From Rhodospirillales bacterium (lineage in GTDB: Bacteria; Pseudomonadota; Alphaproteobacteria; CACIAM-22H2): a stretch of 64,000 bases of DNA. The position numbers and the translations under genes are program-made. Each line of letters starts with the position of its first letter. Within the stretch, counting starts at the first letter, position 1. Location of the stretch: contig CANFCX010000002.1 in assembly GCA_947445225.1 (NCBI GenBank), forward strand, positions 26,119 through 90,118, written 5' to 3'. The notes beneath the pieces are model-generated. The model worked only from the letters and a program-made list of their open reading frames with translations. It ran no database searches and had not been told where the DNA came from. Of this stretch, positions 29,947 through 38,581 are shown in pieces.

Positions 29947-30665
29947 GCACCGGCGTTCTTTGCGTGATCCCGGCGCGCGGCGGGTCAAAAGGCCTGCCCC
30001 GGAAAAACGTCCTGCCCCTGGCCGGGCGGCCGCTAGTCGGCTACCCCATCGCGGCGGCGAAGGCGAGCGGCGTGTGCGATGCCATCTTCGTCACGACCGA
30101 CGACGAAGAAATCGCGGCGGTTGCCCGGGCCGAGGGCGCCGATGTGCCGTTCCTGCGGCCCGCCGATTTGGCCGGGGACCTGACGACGACGGAAGCCACG
30201 TTGCGCCACGCCTTGCTCGCCTATGAGTCCCATACCGGACGGCAATTCGACATTTGCGTCTTCCTGACGCCGACCGACATCTTTCGCAGCCCGGCCTGGA
30301 TTGCTCGCGCCGTGAACCTGCTGAAGGAACAGCCGAAACTCGAAAGCGCCTTCGCCGGTACCGCCACGCACAAGAATTACTGGGACCGCGAACCCGGCGG
30401 CGCCTGGGTTCGCGTCCTGCCCTGGATGCGCGACTACAGCTCGCGGCAGGTGCGCCGGAAAATCTATCGCGAGGACACCGGGCTCGCCTGCGCCAGCCGC
30501 GCCGATATCTGGCGCGGCGGACGGCGAATCGGCGACGTCGTTGAAATCATTCCCAACGACCTCCCCGAGACGGCGATCGACATCCATACCGCCTTCGACC
30601 TGTTCCTGGCGACCAAGGCGATCGAATATCTGCGCGCGCACCACCCCGAGCGCCTCCCCGTCTGA
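29943..30665 (+). CDS. Acylneuraminate cytidylyltransferase family (NeuA-like)
   Basis: VIPARGGSKGLPRKN, VTTDDEEI, PFLRP, IDIHTAFD. Confidence 0.9.
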   Translation: MSTGVLCVIPARGGSKGLPRKNVLPLAGRPLVGYPIAAAKASGVCDAIFVTTDDEEIAAVARAEGADVPFLRPADLAGDLTTTEATLRHALLAYESHTGRQFDICVFLTPTDIFRSPAWIARAVNLLKEQPKLESAFAGTATHKNYWDREPGGAWVRVLPWMRDYSSRQVRRKIYREDTGLACASRADIWRGGRRIGDVVEIIPNDLPETAIDIHTAFDLFLATKAIEYLRAHHPERLPV

Positions 30666-32062
30666 TGGCAAAAACACCAACCGCGACTTCAGGCAACGAT
30701 GGACCTTTGGTCTCCATCATCGTACGCACAAAGAACGAGGAGCGCTGGATCGGTAGCTGCCTGCGCGCCATCCAACGCCAGACCTATCGCAATTACGAAA
30801 TTATCCTGGTCGATAACCTGTCGACCGACCAGACGGTGGCGAAGGCCGCGCCTTTCGGTGTCAAGCTGGTGCGAATCGACAAATTCCTGCCCGGCAAGTC
30901 CCTGAACGACGGCATCCGCGCCAGTCGTGGAGAGATTCTGGTCTGCCTTTCCGGGCACTGCATCCCGGTCAACGAGGTCTGGCTTGGCAATCTCGTCCGC
31001 AATCTCGGCGATTCAGACGTCGCGGGCGTTTATGGCCGTCAGGAGCCGTTGAGCTTTTCGTCCGATCTCGATAAACGCGACCTGCTCATTACATTTGGCC
31101 TCGACCGCAAAGTACAGGTCAGGGACAGCTTTTTTCACAACGCCAACAGCGCGATGCGGCGGGCGGTCTGGGATCGCTTTCCCTTCGACGAAACCGTGAC
31201 CAATATCGAGGATCGGGTGTGGGCGCGACAGGTCCTATCCGCGGGCATGAAGATCGTCTACGAGCCCGAAGCCAGCGTCTACCACTGGCACGGCATCCAT
31301 CAGGAGATGAATTCTGAGCGGGCGCGCAATGTCGTGCGCATCATGGAACAGATCGATGGTACCGAAAGGATCGGCGCCGGCCCCGATTCCGCCGACCTTC
31401 ACGTCGTGGCGATCGTGCCGAGCAAGGGCGAACCGCGCCGATTCAACAACGCGCCGCTCGCCCTGCCCACGCTACGCCACGCGCTGGCCGCCAAATACGT
31501 CAACCATGTATTTGTCGCCACCGACAATGACGAGATGGCGGCGGTGGCGCGATCCGCCGGCGCCGGCGTCATCATGCGGCCGCCGAGCCTGTCCGAAGAC
31601 TACGTTGATATCGTCGATGTGTTGCAATTCGCCTTGGAACGAATCGAGGCGCAGGGGACTGTCCCGGATTTGGTCGTCGCACTCGAGGAGACCCACCCCT
31701 TTCGCCCAATCGCCCTCGTGGATTCAATGATCGCCAAATTGGTGAAGGAAGGGATGGACAGCCTGGTGGCGGCCAAACGGGAGCCCCGCCGCGTGTGGCT
31801 GAGCGACGATGGCTCGATCCGAGATGCGGGAGAGGGCGGATTCATGCCGCGTCAGTTCAAACGCACCGTGGCGTTTATCGGGCTGTTCGGTCTCGCCTTC
31901 GTCACTCACCCCAGCCTGATCCGCAGCGGCAGCATGTTCGGCGGCAAGGCCGGCATCTACGAAATCGACGATCCCTTCTGCGGCATCGAAATCCGCAGCG
32001 AGGAGCATCTGAAAAAAGCCGGCCCGCTGTTCGAGGCGTGGTCCCGAGAGACCCGGCCGTGA
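30665..32062 (+). CDS. Fusion of GT2 glycosyltransferase and NeuA-like cytidylyltransferase domain
   Basis: N-terminal SIIVRTKNEE, VDNLSTD, EDRVWA. C-terminal VAIVPSKG, VATDNDE, IMRPPSLS, HPFR, IEIRSEE. Confidence 0.8.
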   Translation: MAKTPTATSGNDGPLVSIIVRTKNEERWIGSCLRAIQRQTYRNYEIILVDNLSTDQTVAKAAPFGVKLVRIDKFLPGKSLNDGIRASRGEILVCLSGHCIPVNEVWLGNLVRNLGDSDVAGVYGRQEPLSFSSDLDKRDLLITFGLDRKVQVRDSFFHNANSAMRRAVWDRFPFDETVTNIEDRVWARQVLSAGMKIVYEPEASVYHWHGIHQEMNSERARNVVRIMEQIDGTERIGAGPDSADLHVVAIVPSKGEPRRFNNAPLALPTLRHALAAKYVNHVFVATDNDEMAAVARSAGAGVIMRPPSLSEDYVDIVDVLQFALERIEAQGTVPDLVVALEETHPFRPIALVDSMIAKLVKEGMDSLVAAKREPRRVWLSDDGSIRDAGEGGFMPRQFKRTVAFIGLFGLAFVTHPSLIRSGSMFGGKAGIYEIDDPFCGIEIRSEEHLKKAGPLFEAWSRETRP

Positions 32063-33150
32063 GTCGCCGGAGTTATCGCGCCGCGTTCATCGGCTGCGGC
32101 CGCGTGGCCGAGCACTATGTGCGCATTCTCACCAAGATCGATCCGGTCGATCGGCTTGCGATCGCCGCTTGCAGCGATCCGATCGAAGCTAAAGCGCGGT
32201 CGATCGGCGCCGCGCTTGGCGCCAAACCCTACGGCAATACCGCCCAAATGCTCGCCGAAACCCGGCCCGATCTGGCCATCGTGATGACGCCCAGCGGATA
32301 CCACTATGACCATGCCAAGCAGGCGCTGGAGGCCGGATGCCACGTTCTCGCGGAGAAACCGGTGACGATCATCCCCGGCCAGGCAGGTGAGCTTGCGACT
32401 CTCGCCCGCGCTCGCGGTTTGCTCTACGGCGGCGTATTCCAGAACCGGTACAATCCGGCGCTCCGAAAGCTGCGCGAAGCCGTCGATAAGGGACGCTTCG
32501 GCACCATCGTAACGGCCGCCATTCGCCTGCGCTGGTGCCGCACCCAGGATTATTACGAGGATGGGTGGCACGGCACCTGGGCCATGGATGGCGGTGTCAT
32601 CAACCAGCAGGCCATACATCATGTCGATGCGCTGAATTGGCTTTGCGGCCCGATCGAGGCTGTCTCCGCGTCGGCCGGCAACCGCCTGAACCGGCTGGAG
32701 GCGGAGGACACGATGGTGGCCGCCATCCGCTTTTCCAGCGGCGCGCTCGGCACCATCGAGGCGACGACCGCGGCGCGACCGGTGGATTTCGAAGCCTCGC
32801 TGAGCATCGTCGGTGAGAAGGGAATGGTCCAGGTCGGCGGCATCGCCCTCAACCATATCGATGTCTGGCGTTTCGTGGTGCCCGAAGCGGAAGACGCGGA
32901 GATTCCCGCCCGCTGGTCGCAAGAGGTGGAATTCGGCTACGGAGTCGGCCACGGTCCGCTGCTTCGGGATTGGGTGGCGGCGCTGGATGCTGGCGCCGTC
33001 GAGCCACCGATCCCGGCGATGCAGGCGGTCCAGGCCGTCGAGCTGGTGCACGCGCTCTACGCCAGCGTCGAGACCGGCAACTGGGTCCGACCGCGCGACA
33101 AGGCGCAATCCGCGCGACTGGGCATCGCGCCGAAATCAAGGGCATCATGA
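32059..33150 (+). CDS. Gfo/Idh/MocA family oxidoreductase
   Basis: IGCGRVA, TPSGYH, EKP, QNRYNP, DGGVINQQAIHHVD. Confidence 0.9.
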   Translation: MSRRSYRAAFIGCGRVAEHYVRILTKIDPVDRLAIAACSDPIEAKARSIGAALGAKPYGNTAQMLAETRPDLAIVMTPSGYHYDHAKQALEAGCHVLAEKPVTIIPGQAGELATLARARGLLYGGVFQNRYNPALRKLREAVDKGRFGTIVTAAIRLRWCRTQDYYEDGWHGTWAMDGGVINQQAIHHVDALNWLCGPIEAVSASAGNRLNRLEAEDTMVAAIRFSSGALGTIEATTAARPVDFEASLSIVGEKGMVQVGGIALNHIDVWRFVVPEAEDAEIPARWSQEVEFGYGVGHGPLLRDWVAALDAGAVEPPIPAMQAVQAVELVHALYASVETGNWVRPRDKAQSARLGIAPKSRAS

Positions 33151-34043
33151 CCACGATTGAAAACAAGTTTCCCGGCAAGGATGTCTCCGACGATGACCTG
33201 CGCACGAAACTCAGGCTGACGGCGAAGGCCAATCCCGGACACAGGAGCCGATTCACCGTGGCCGGGGTTGAATTCGGCGGCGATCTCGTCCCCGTCTTCG
33301 CCGGCCCGAACATGGTCGAGTCCGAGAGCCTGATCGTCGATATCGCCAAAGCCGTCAAACGGGCGGGCGCTCATTTCCTGCGCGGCGGCGCCTTCAAGCC
33401 GCTGACGTTCCCCTATCGCAGCGCGAAATACGCCGAGACACGCGAAGAGGGAATTGCCTGGCTCGCTCGCGCCAAGGCGGTGGCGGGAATCCCGGTCATC
33501 ACCGAGATCATGGAAGAGAAGTACATACCGCTCGTCGCCGGAGTCGCCGACATCCTCCAGATCGGCGCCCGCAACATGCAGAACTATCCCTTGATCGTCG
33601 CCTGCGCGCGGACCGGCAAGCCGATCATGTTGAAACGCCATTTCGGCTGCTCGTTGCGCGATTGGCTGGGCGCGGCGGAATACATCCTGGCCGAGGGCAA
33701 TGAAAAGGTGATCCTGTGCGAGCGCGGCATCTCCGCACCGCACACGCACCGCGCCACCTCGCGCTTCCTCCTCGATCTTCAAGTCGTGCCGGCCGCGCAG
33801 GAAGTGACACATCTGCCGATCGTCGTTGATCCCAGCCACGCCACCTTTTGGCGGGCTTGGGTGGCGCCGATGGCTCTCGCCTCGGTCGCCGCCGGAGCCG
33901 ACGGCGTGATGATCGAAGTTCACCCCGATCCGCCCAACGCCGCGGTCGATCCCCTGCAACCCGTCGACTACGCCGAGTTCAAGGACATCATGGGCCGCAT
34001 GGACGCGGTCGCCCGCGCCGTCGGACGAAAAGTGCTGGCGTGA
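33147..34043 (+). CDS. Divergent class I-beta DAHP/KDO8P-synthase family enzyme
   Basis: [33 protein letters not shown]. Has AGPN instead of AGPC and KPLT instead of KPRT. Confidence 0.85.
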   Translation: MTTIENKFPGKDVSDDDLRTKLRLTAKANPGHRSRFTVAGVEFGGDLVPVFAGPNMVESESLIVDIAKAVKRAGAHFLRGGAFKPLTFPYRSAKYAETREEGIAWLARAKAVAGIPVITEIMEEKYIPLVAGVADILQIGARNMQNYPLIVACARTGKPIMLKRHFGCSLRDWLGAAEYILAEGNEKVILCERGISAPHTHRATSRFLLDLQVVPAAQEVTHLPIVVDPSHATFWRAWVAPMALASVAAGADGVMIEVHPDPPNAAVDPLQPVDYAEFKDIMGRMDAVARAVGRKVLA

Positions 34044-34933
34044 CGGCGATCTCCGGACTGATCGAGAACAACGTAGCGTGGCAGCCGGGCAAGCCCTTCG
34101 CGGCGATCTTGGGCGCCAGCCCCTCAAAGGGGGCGCGGTCGCCTCGCCTTTGGAATGCAGCCTTCGCCGCGTGCGGCCGGGATTCAAGGATGGTGCCGTT
34201 CGACGTGACCGCGGCCAAACTGGCGGCTCTGCTGGAGGCCCTCGACCGCGATACCGATTTCCTCGGCGCGGCGATTGCCGTGCCGCATAAGGAGGCCGTG
34301 GCCCGGTGGCTCGGGGAGCGCGTCACTCCGGAAGCCGCGCGGATCGGAGCCGTGAACTGCCTCTTTCGGCGCGACGGACGCCTTTGGGGCACCAATACCG
34401 ATGGCGAGGCCGCCCGCGTCAGCCTGGAGCGAAGAGTTGGCGGGCTGTTGTCGGAGAAGCGTGTCCTCCTGCTCGGCCCCGGAGGCGCTGGCAAGGCAGT
34501 CGCGGCCTTCATCGTCGGCGGCTGCCGCGCGCTGTTTTTGGTCGGACGCGATGCCGAACGGACGCGCGCCTTCGCGGACAGGATCGGAGCGTCGTCCATT
34601 TCCGTCTCGGCACTCGATGCGCAATTGCCGGCGGTGGATGTGCTGGTCAACTGCACCAGCGTCGGCAGCGCCGCGGCCGGCACGGCGGAGCTTTCGCCGC
34701 TCTCCCCGGCCCAGATTGCGCGGCTTCCCGACCACGCCCTGGTCTTTGACATCATCTACGATCCCAGCCCGACTCGGCTTCTTGCCCTCGCGGCGGCGCG
34801 CGGCCTGGCCACGCTTGACGGGACCGAAATGAACCTCGAACAGGCGGCGCTCGCATTCGGCCATGCCGTTCCCGGCACTGGCACCGCCTCTGACATACAT
34901 GCGGCGATGGCGGCGGCGGCACGCCGCGCGTGA
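34040..34933 (+). CDS. Shikimate dehydrogenase-like oxidoreductase
   Basis: VPHKE, IGAVN, NTDG, GPGGAG, VNCTSVG, DIIYDP, DGTEM..QA. Confidence 0.85.
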   Translation: MTAISGLIENNVAWQPGKPFAAILGASPSKGARSPRLWNAAFAACGRDSRMVPFDVTAAKLAALLEALDRDTDFLGAAIAVPHKEAVARWLGERVTPEAARIGAVNCLFRRDGRLWGTNTDGEAARVSLERRVGGLLSEKRVLLLGPGGAGKAVAAFIVGGCRALFLVGRDAERTRAFADRIGASSISVSALDAQLPAVDVLVNCTSVGSAAAGTAELSPLSPAQIARLPDHALVFDIIYDPSPTRLLALAAARGLATLDGTEMNLEQAALAFGHAVPGTGTASDIHAAMAAAARRA

Positions 34934-34967
34934 ACGCCGTCCCGGCGACAACCTCACGGATGGGGAC

Positions 34968-35810
34968 ATGCGCAAAATACTGAAGAGAATATTGATGGCG
35001 CTCGGGCTGTTCCCGATCGTCCTGGCCTTCCTCGACAAAGTCAAAAAGCCATTTCGGCGCACCGTGAACAAATGGCTGCTTTGGACCACAAGGCTGCGGG
35101 GCGGCAGCTACACCGATTTCTACGAGCGGATGATGGACCGCCGCGCCCGCGGCGCCTGGACCGGCAAATCGGGCGCGGCCGTTACCGGCACGCCCGAAGA
35201 GCGGAGGCGCCAGTTCGCCCCGGACTATTTCGCAACCCATGGCTGGATTACACCGGCGACGGTCTTCCTGGACTATGGCTGCGGCGGGGGGGCCACCGGA
35301 GTCAATTTCATCCGCCACCTGGACGCCGGCCGCTACACCGGCGCCGACATCTCAAGCGAATGCCTCGAACGTGCGCGCGGCTGGGTTGCCACATGCGGTC
35401 TTTCGGACAAGAACCCGAATTTCGTTCATTTGAGCCGCGGTTCGCTTGCCGGGCTGGCCGGGAAGAAGTTCGACGTCATCTACGCGCAAGATGTCGTCGT
35501 GCATATGCCGCCCGAGGCGGTTCGACAATTGATCCGCGACATGGCCGAATTTATGCACGAACGAAGTGTATTCCTGCTGACGTTCACCTATGCGGACTCC
35601 GATTGCGAATACCAAAACGACAACGTCAATTGGCACCACAACCCGCGATTCTTTATCGATGCGATCGAAGGGACGCCGCTCGATTGCGAGGAAGTTCGCG
35701 AGTGGGCCACCGCGGGCTACAAGCCAACCGTGCCCATCCGCATGGCCCGCTTCCGTTTGCGGTCGGGCGCGGCGAGTCACGAGCCCCGGGCGGCGGCGAC
35801 GCAGGGATAG
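34968..35810 (+). CDS. Class I SAM-dependent methyltransferase
   Basis: LDYGCGGG, GADIS, FDVIYAQDVVVH. Confidence 0.8.
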   Translation: MRKILKRILMALGLFPIVLAFLDKVKKPFRRTVNKWLLWTTRLRGGSYTDFYERMMDRRARGAWTGKSGAAVTGTPEERRRQFAPDYFATHGWITPATVFLDYGCGGGATGVNFIRHLDAGRYTGADISSECLERARGWVATCGLSDKNPNFVHLSRGSLAGLAGKKFDVIYAQDVVVHMPPEAVRQLIRDMAEFMHERSVFLLTFTYADSDCEYQNDNVNWHHNPRFFIDAIEGTPLDCEEVREWATAGYKPTVPIRMARFRLRSGAASHEPRAAATQG

Positions 35811-35816
35811 GCACAC

Positions 35817-36752
35817 ATGGACGCGCAAGCCAAAATCAAACCGCGCCGCACACCGGTCCAAGAAATGATGTTCATTTACGGTCTGCGCGCGGGCTTGCCC
35901 TTTCCGGCGATCAAGGTCGCCGCGGAGGCTCTGGACGTTGCGCGCCGCCCGTTGGATTGCTGGCATCGCCGCGCCGTCGCCCGATCGGTGTCGGCCGGTT
36001 CGTCGCGGCGGAACCACATTCCCCGGGCGAAGGGATTTGAGTTCATCGATTCCACGATCGTCCCGGAGATCGCGGCGCTGGTTTCCGCCGGGCAGGCGCT
36101 TTACGCCGAACGCGCGCGTTCCGTGCCCCAGGATGGGGCGCAGCCTTTCTACGACATCCTAACTGCGCGCGACATTCTCGACCAAAAGGCATTTCTCGAC
36201 GCGGCCTTGTCGCCGGCGATGGTCGAGATCGCCGCGGGCTATTTCGGCACGATGCCACGGCTGCAAAACCTAATGCTCTGTGTCTCGCCAGGCCGTCCCG
36301 CCTCGGCCCAAAGCGAACTGTTCCATTTGGATAAACCAAACGTTGGATTCCTGCAGGCCTTCGTCAACGTGCTCGATGTGGGGCCGGAAAACGGTCCGCT
36401 AACCTTTCTGCCCGCCGATGTTACCGCCCGCGTTCGCAGCGCCACCGGTTATGACCGCCGCTCGTTTTCCGGCGATACACGTCTCCGCGACGAAGAGGTG
36501 TTTCAGCATTGCCGTCACGAGGACGCCGTCGCCCTGGTCGGTCCGGCCGGGCACGGCGCCTTCGTCGACACGTCGAATTGCCTGCATTTCGGCTCTCGAT
36601 GCCGCGGCGGTGTTCGCGTCGTTTGTATTATTCAATACGCCCCGGCGCATAAATGTCGCCCGTCCTTTTCCGGGCGTTTCGACGGTCATCGATTCGGCGG
36701 CGATCCGATCCGGAGTCTCTTGCTCGACGGCGCGAGGCCGCGGTCCGAGTGA
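35817..36752 (+). CDS. PhyH-like Fe(II)/2-oxoglutarate dioxygenase-fold protein
   Basis: FHLD (HxD), DVGPENGP, GPAG...DT..CLHFGSR (distal His). Confidence 0.6.
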   Translation: MDAQAKIKPRRTPVQEMMFIYGLRAGLPFPAIKVAAEALDVARRPLDCWHRRAVARSVSAGSSRRNHIPRAKGFEFIDSTIVPEIAALVSAGQALYAERARSVPQDGAQPFYDILTARDILDQKAFLDAALSPAMVEIAAGYFGTMPRLQNLMLCVSPGRPASAQSELFHLDKPNVGFLQAFVNVLDVGPENGPLTFLPADVTARVRSATGYDRRSFSGDTRLRDEEVFQHCRHEDAVALVGPAGHGAFVDTSNCLHFGSRCRGGVRVVCIIQYAPAHKCRPSFSGRFDGHRFGGDPIRSLLLDGARPRSE

Positions 36753-38581
36753 CGGATTTGGGTTACAAGGACGCCATCCGCGCCGCACCGCGAGTCGGCT
36801 TCACGCGCCGCCGTGTCGCGATATTGCTGGTGTTACAGGTTGGCGCGGTCGCCTTCGAGGGCCTCGGCATTTCCATGCTGCTGCCTGTGTTCCAATTCAT
36901 GCAGGCCGGCGAGGCCATCGGCCCGCTCGCCGACAGCACGTTTTGGCGCTGGATCATCTCGGCGCACGAGGCCCTCGGCCTCGGGGTCAGCCTGGTGACC
37001 CTGCTGGCCGCGAGTTTCGCCGGAATTCTCTTTCGCCAGGCCTTCGTCTACGCGCGCATGATCTATGAGGCCCGGGTCAATGAGTCCTCCATCCAATCGC
37101 TGCGCAATCTCGGGTTTCGCCGCTATTTGACCGCGCGCGTCACCGCGCAGGAAGACGTTCGGCTCGGCGCCGTGGTTAACGACCTGGTCGTCGAAGCCCC
37201 GCGTGCCGTCGCCGCGGTGATGTGTGTGGTACGCGTCGCGGGCGGCACCATCCTGATGGCCTTCTACGCCGGATTGCTGACCCTGCTGTCGCCCTGGATG
37301 ACGCTTGCCTCTTCGATCGTCTTCGGGGCCGCCATCGGCATGCTCCGCCGCCTGCTCGGTCAAAGCCGGGAGGCCAGTCAACGGATCAGCGAATCCAGCC
37401 GCACCGTAGCCACCTTCCTCGCCGAGCGATTGAAGGCCGTGCGCCTCATTCGTTTATCCGGCACCCAAGCCGGCGAGATCGCCCGCATGGAAATGTTGAC
37501 GCTGCGACAGGCTAAAAGGGCCGTGCATTTCCAATCGCTGGGGGCGAGCATCAACACCTTGATGGAGCCGGTGGTCGTGGCCTTCAGCTTCGTCATGCTG
37601 TACGTGGCGACAACCGTTGCCGCGATGCCGCTCGAATCGATCGGGCTATTTCTGTTGATCCTGCTGCGTTTGCTCCCGGCCGTGACCGAGATGGTGAAGA
37701 TGCACCACGTCGTTCTGGGTTTCTCGGCGAGTCTGCGGGCCGTCGAACAAAGGCTGGCCGCCCTCGAATCGGCCCGCGAAGACAAAGGCGGGGAACTCAG
37801 CTTCAGCGGGCTGCGGCGGGCGATTCGCTTCAACGGCGTGACGTTCGATTACGGTCTGGGAACGGAAGTACCGGCGCTGCACGACATTTCCCTCGACATC
37901 CCCGCCGGTCAAATGACGGCGTTGGTCGGACCTTCTGGCAGCGGCAAGTCGACCTTGATCGACCTTCTGCCGCGCCTCCGCGATCCGACCGGCGGTGCGA
38001 TTTCGATCGATGGCGCGGTGCTCACCGAATTCGCGCTCGATTCCCTGCGCGCGGGCATCGCCTATGTGTCGCAGAGTCCCCAGATATTCGACGTTCTGGT
38101 CGCCGAGCACATCCGATACGGCAACCCGAAGGCCACGGATGACGAAGTGCGTGCCGCCGCCCAACTCGCGGGCGCGGCGGAGTTCATCGAGAAGTTGCCG
38201 AAGGGCTACGACACAGCACTTGGCGAAGATGGGCACCGGCTTTCCGGCGGCCAGCGCCAGCGTCTGGACCTCGCTCGCGCGCTCGCACGCCGCTCCCCCG
38301 TCCTTATCCTCGACGAGCCCACCAGCCAACTTGACGCCGACGCCGAGGTCAAGTTCCGAGAGGCGCTGCGCCGCATCCGGCGGGAAACGTCGACGACCAT
38401 CGTCGTGATTGCCCATCGCCTATCGACCGTTGCCGATGCCGATCAGATCATAGTCCTCGACGGCGGCCGACTCATCGCCATCGGCACACATGAGGCCCTG
38501 CTTCGCCGGGGTGGTTGGTATGCCGAGGCCTTTGCCAAACAGACGGCCGGCGCGGCCCCGCTTAACGCCACGGGAACATGA
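36749..38581 (+). CDS. ABC transporter permease/ATPase fusion (MsbA/PglK-like flippase)
   Basis: N-terminal TM helices, GPSGSGKST, LSGGQRQR, ILDEPTS, IAHRLST. Confidence 0.9.
   Translation: MTDLGYKDAIRAAPRVGFTRRRVAILLVLQVGAVAFEGLGISMLLPVFQFMQAGEAIGPLADSTFWRWIISAHEALGLGVSLVTLLAASFAGILFRQAFVYARMIYEARVNESSIQSLRNLGFRRYLTARVTAQEDVRLGAVVNDLVVEAPRAVAAVMCVVRVAGGTILMAFYAGLLTLLSPWMTLASSIVFGAAIGMLRRLLGQSREASQRISESSRTVATFLAERLKAVRLIRLSGTQAGEIARMEMLTLRQAKRAVHFQSLGASINTLMEPVVVAFSFVMLYVATTVAAMPLESIGLFLLILLRLLPAVTEMVKMHHVVLGFSASLRAVEQRLAALESAREDKGGELSFSGLRRAIRFNGVTFDYGLGTEVPALHDISLDIPAGQMTALVGPSGSGKSTLIDLLPRLRDPTGGAISIDGAVLTEFALDSLRAGIAYVSQSPQIFDVLVAEHIRYGNPKATDDEVRAAAQLAGAAEFIEKLPKGYDTALGEDGHRLSGGQRQRLDLARALARRSPVLILDEPTSQLDADAEVKFREALRRIRRETSTTIVVIAHRLSTVADADQIIVLDGGRLIAIGTHEALLRRGGWYAEAFAKQTAGAAPLNATGT

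Noticed and set aside
32059-34933. Aminoshikimate/AHBA pathway (RifL/RifH/RifI-like trio)
   Set aside because: No AHBA synthase/aminotransferase, kinase, dehydroquinate synthase or dehydratase is visible, and RifH is a class II synthase while this one is class I-beta.
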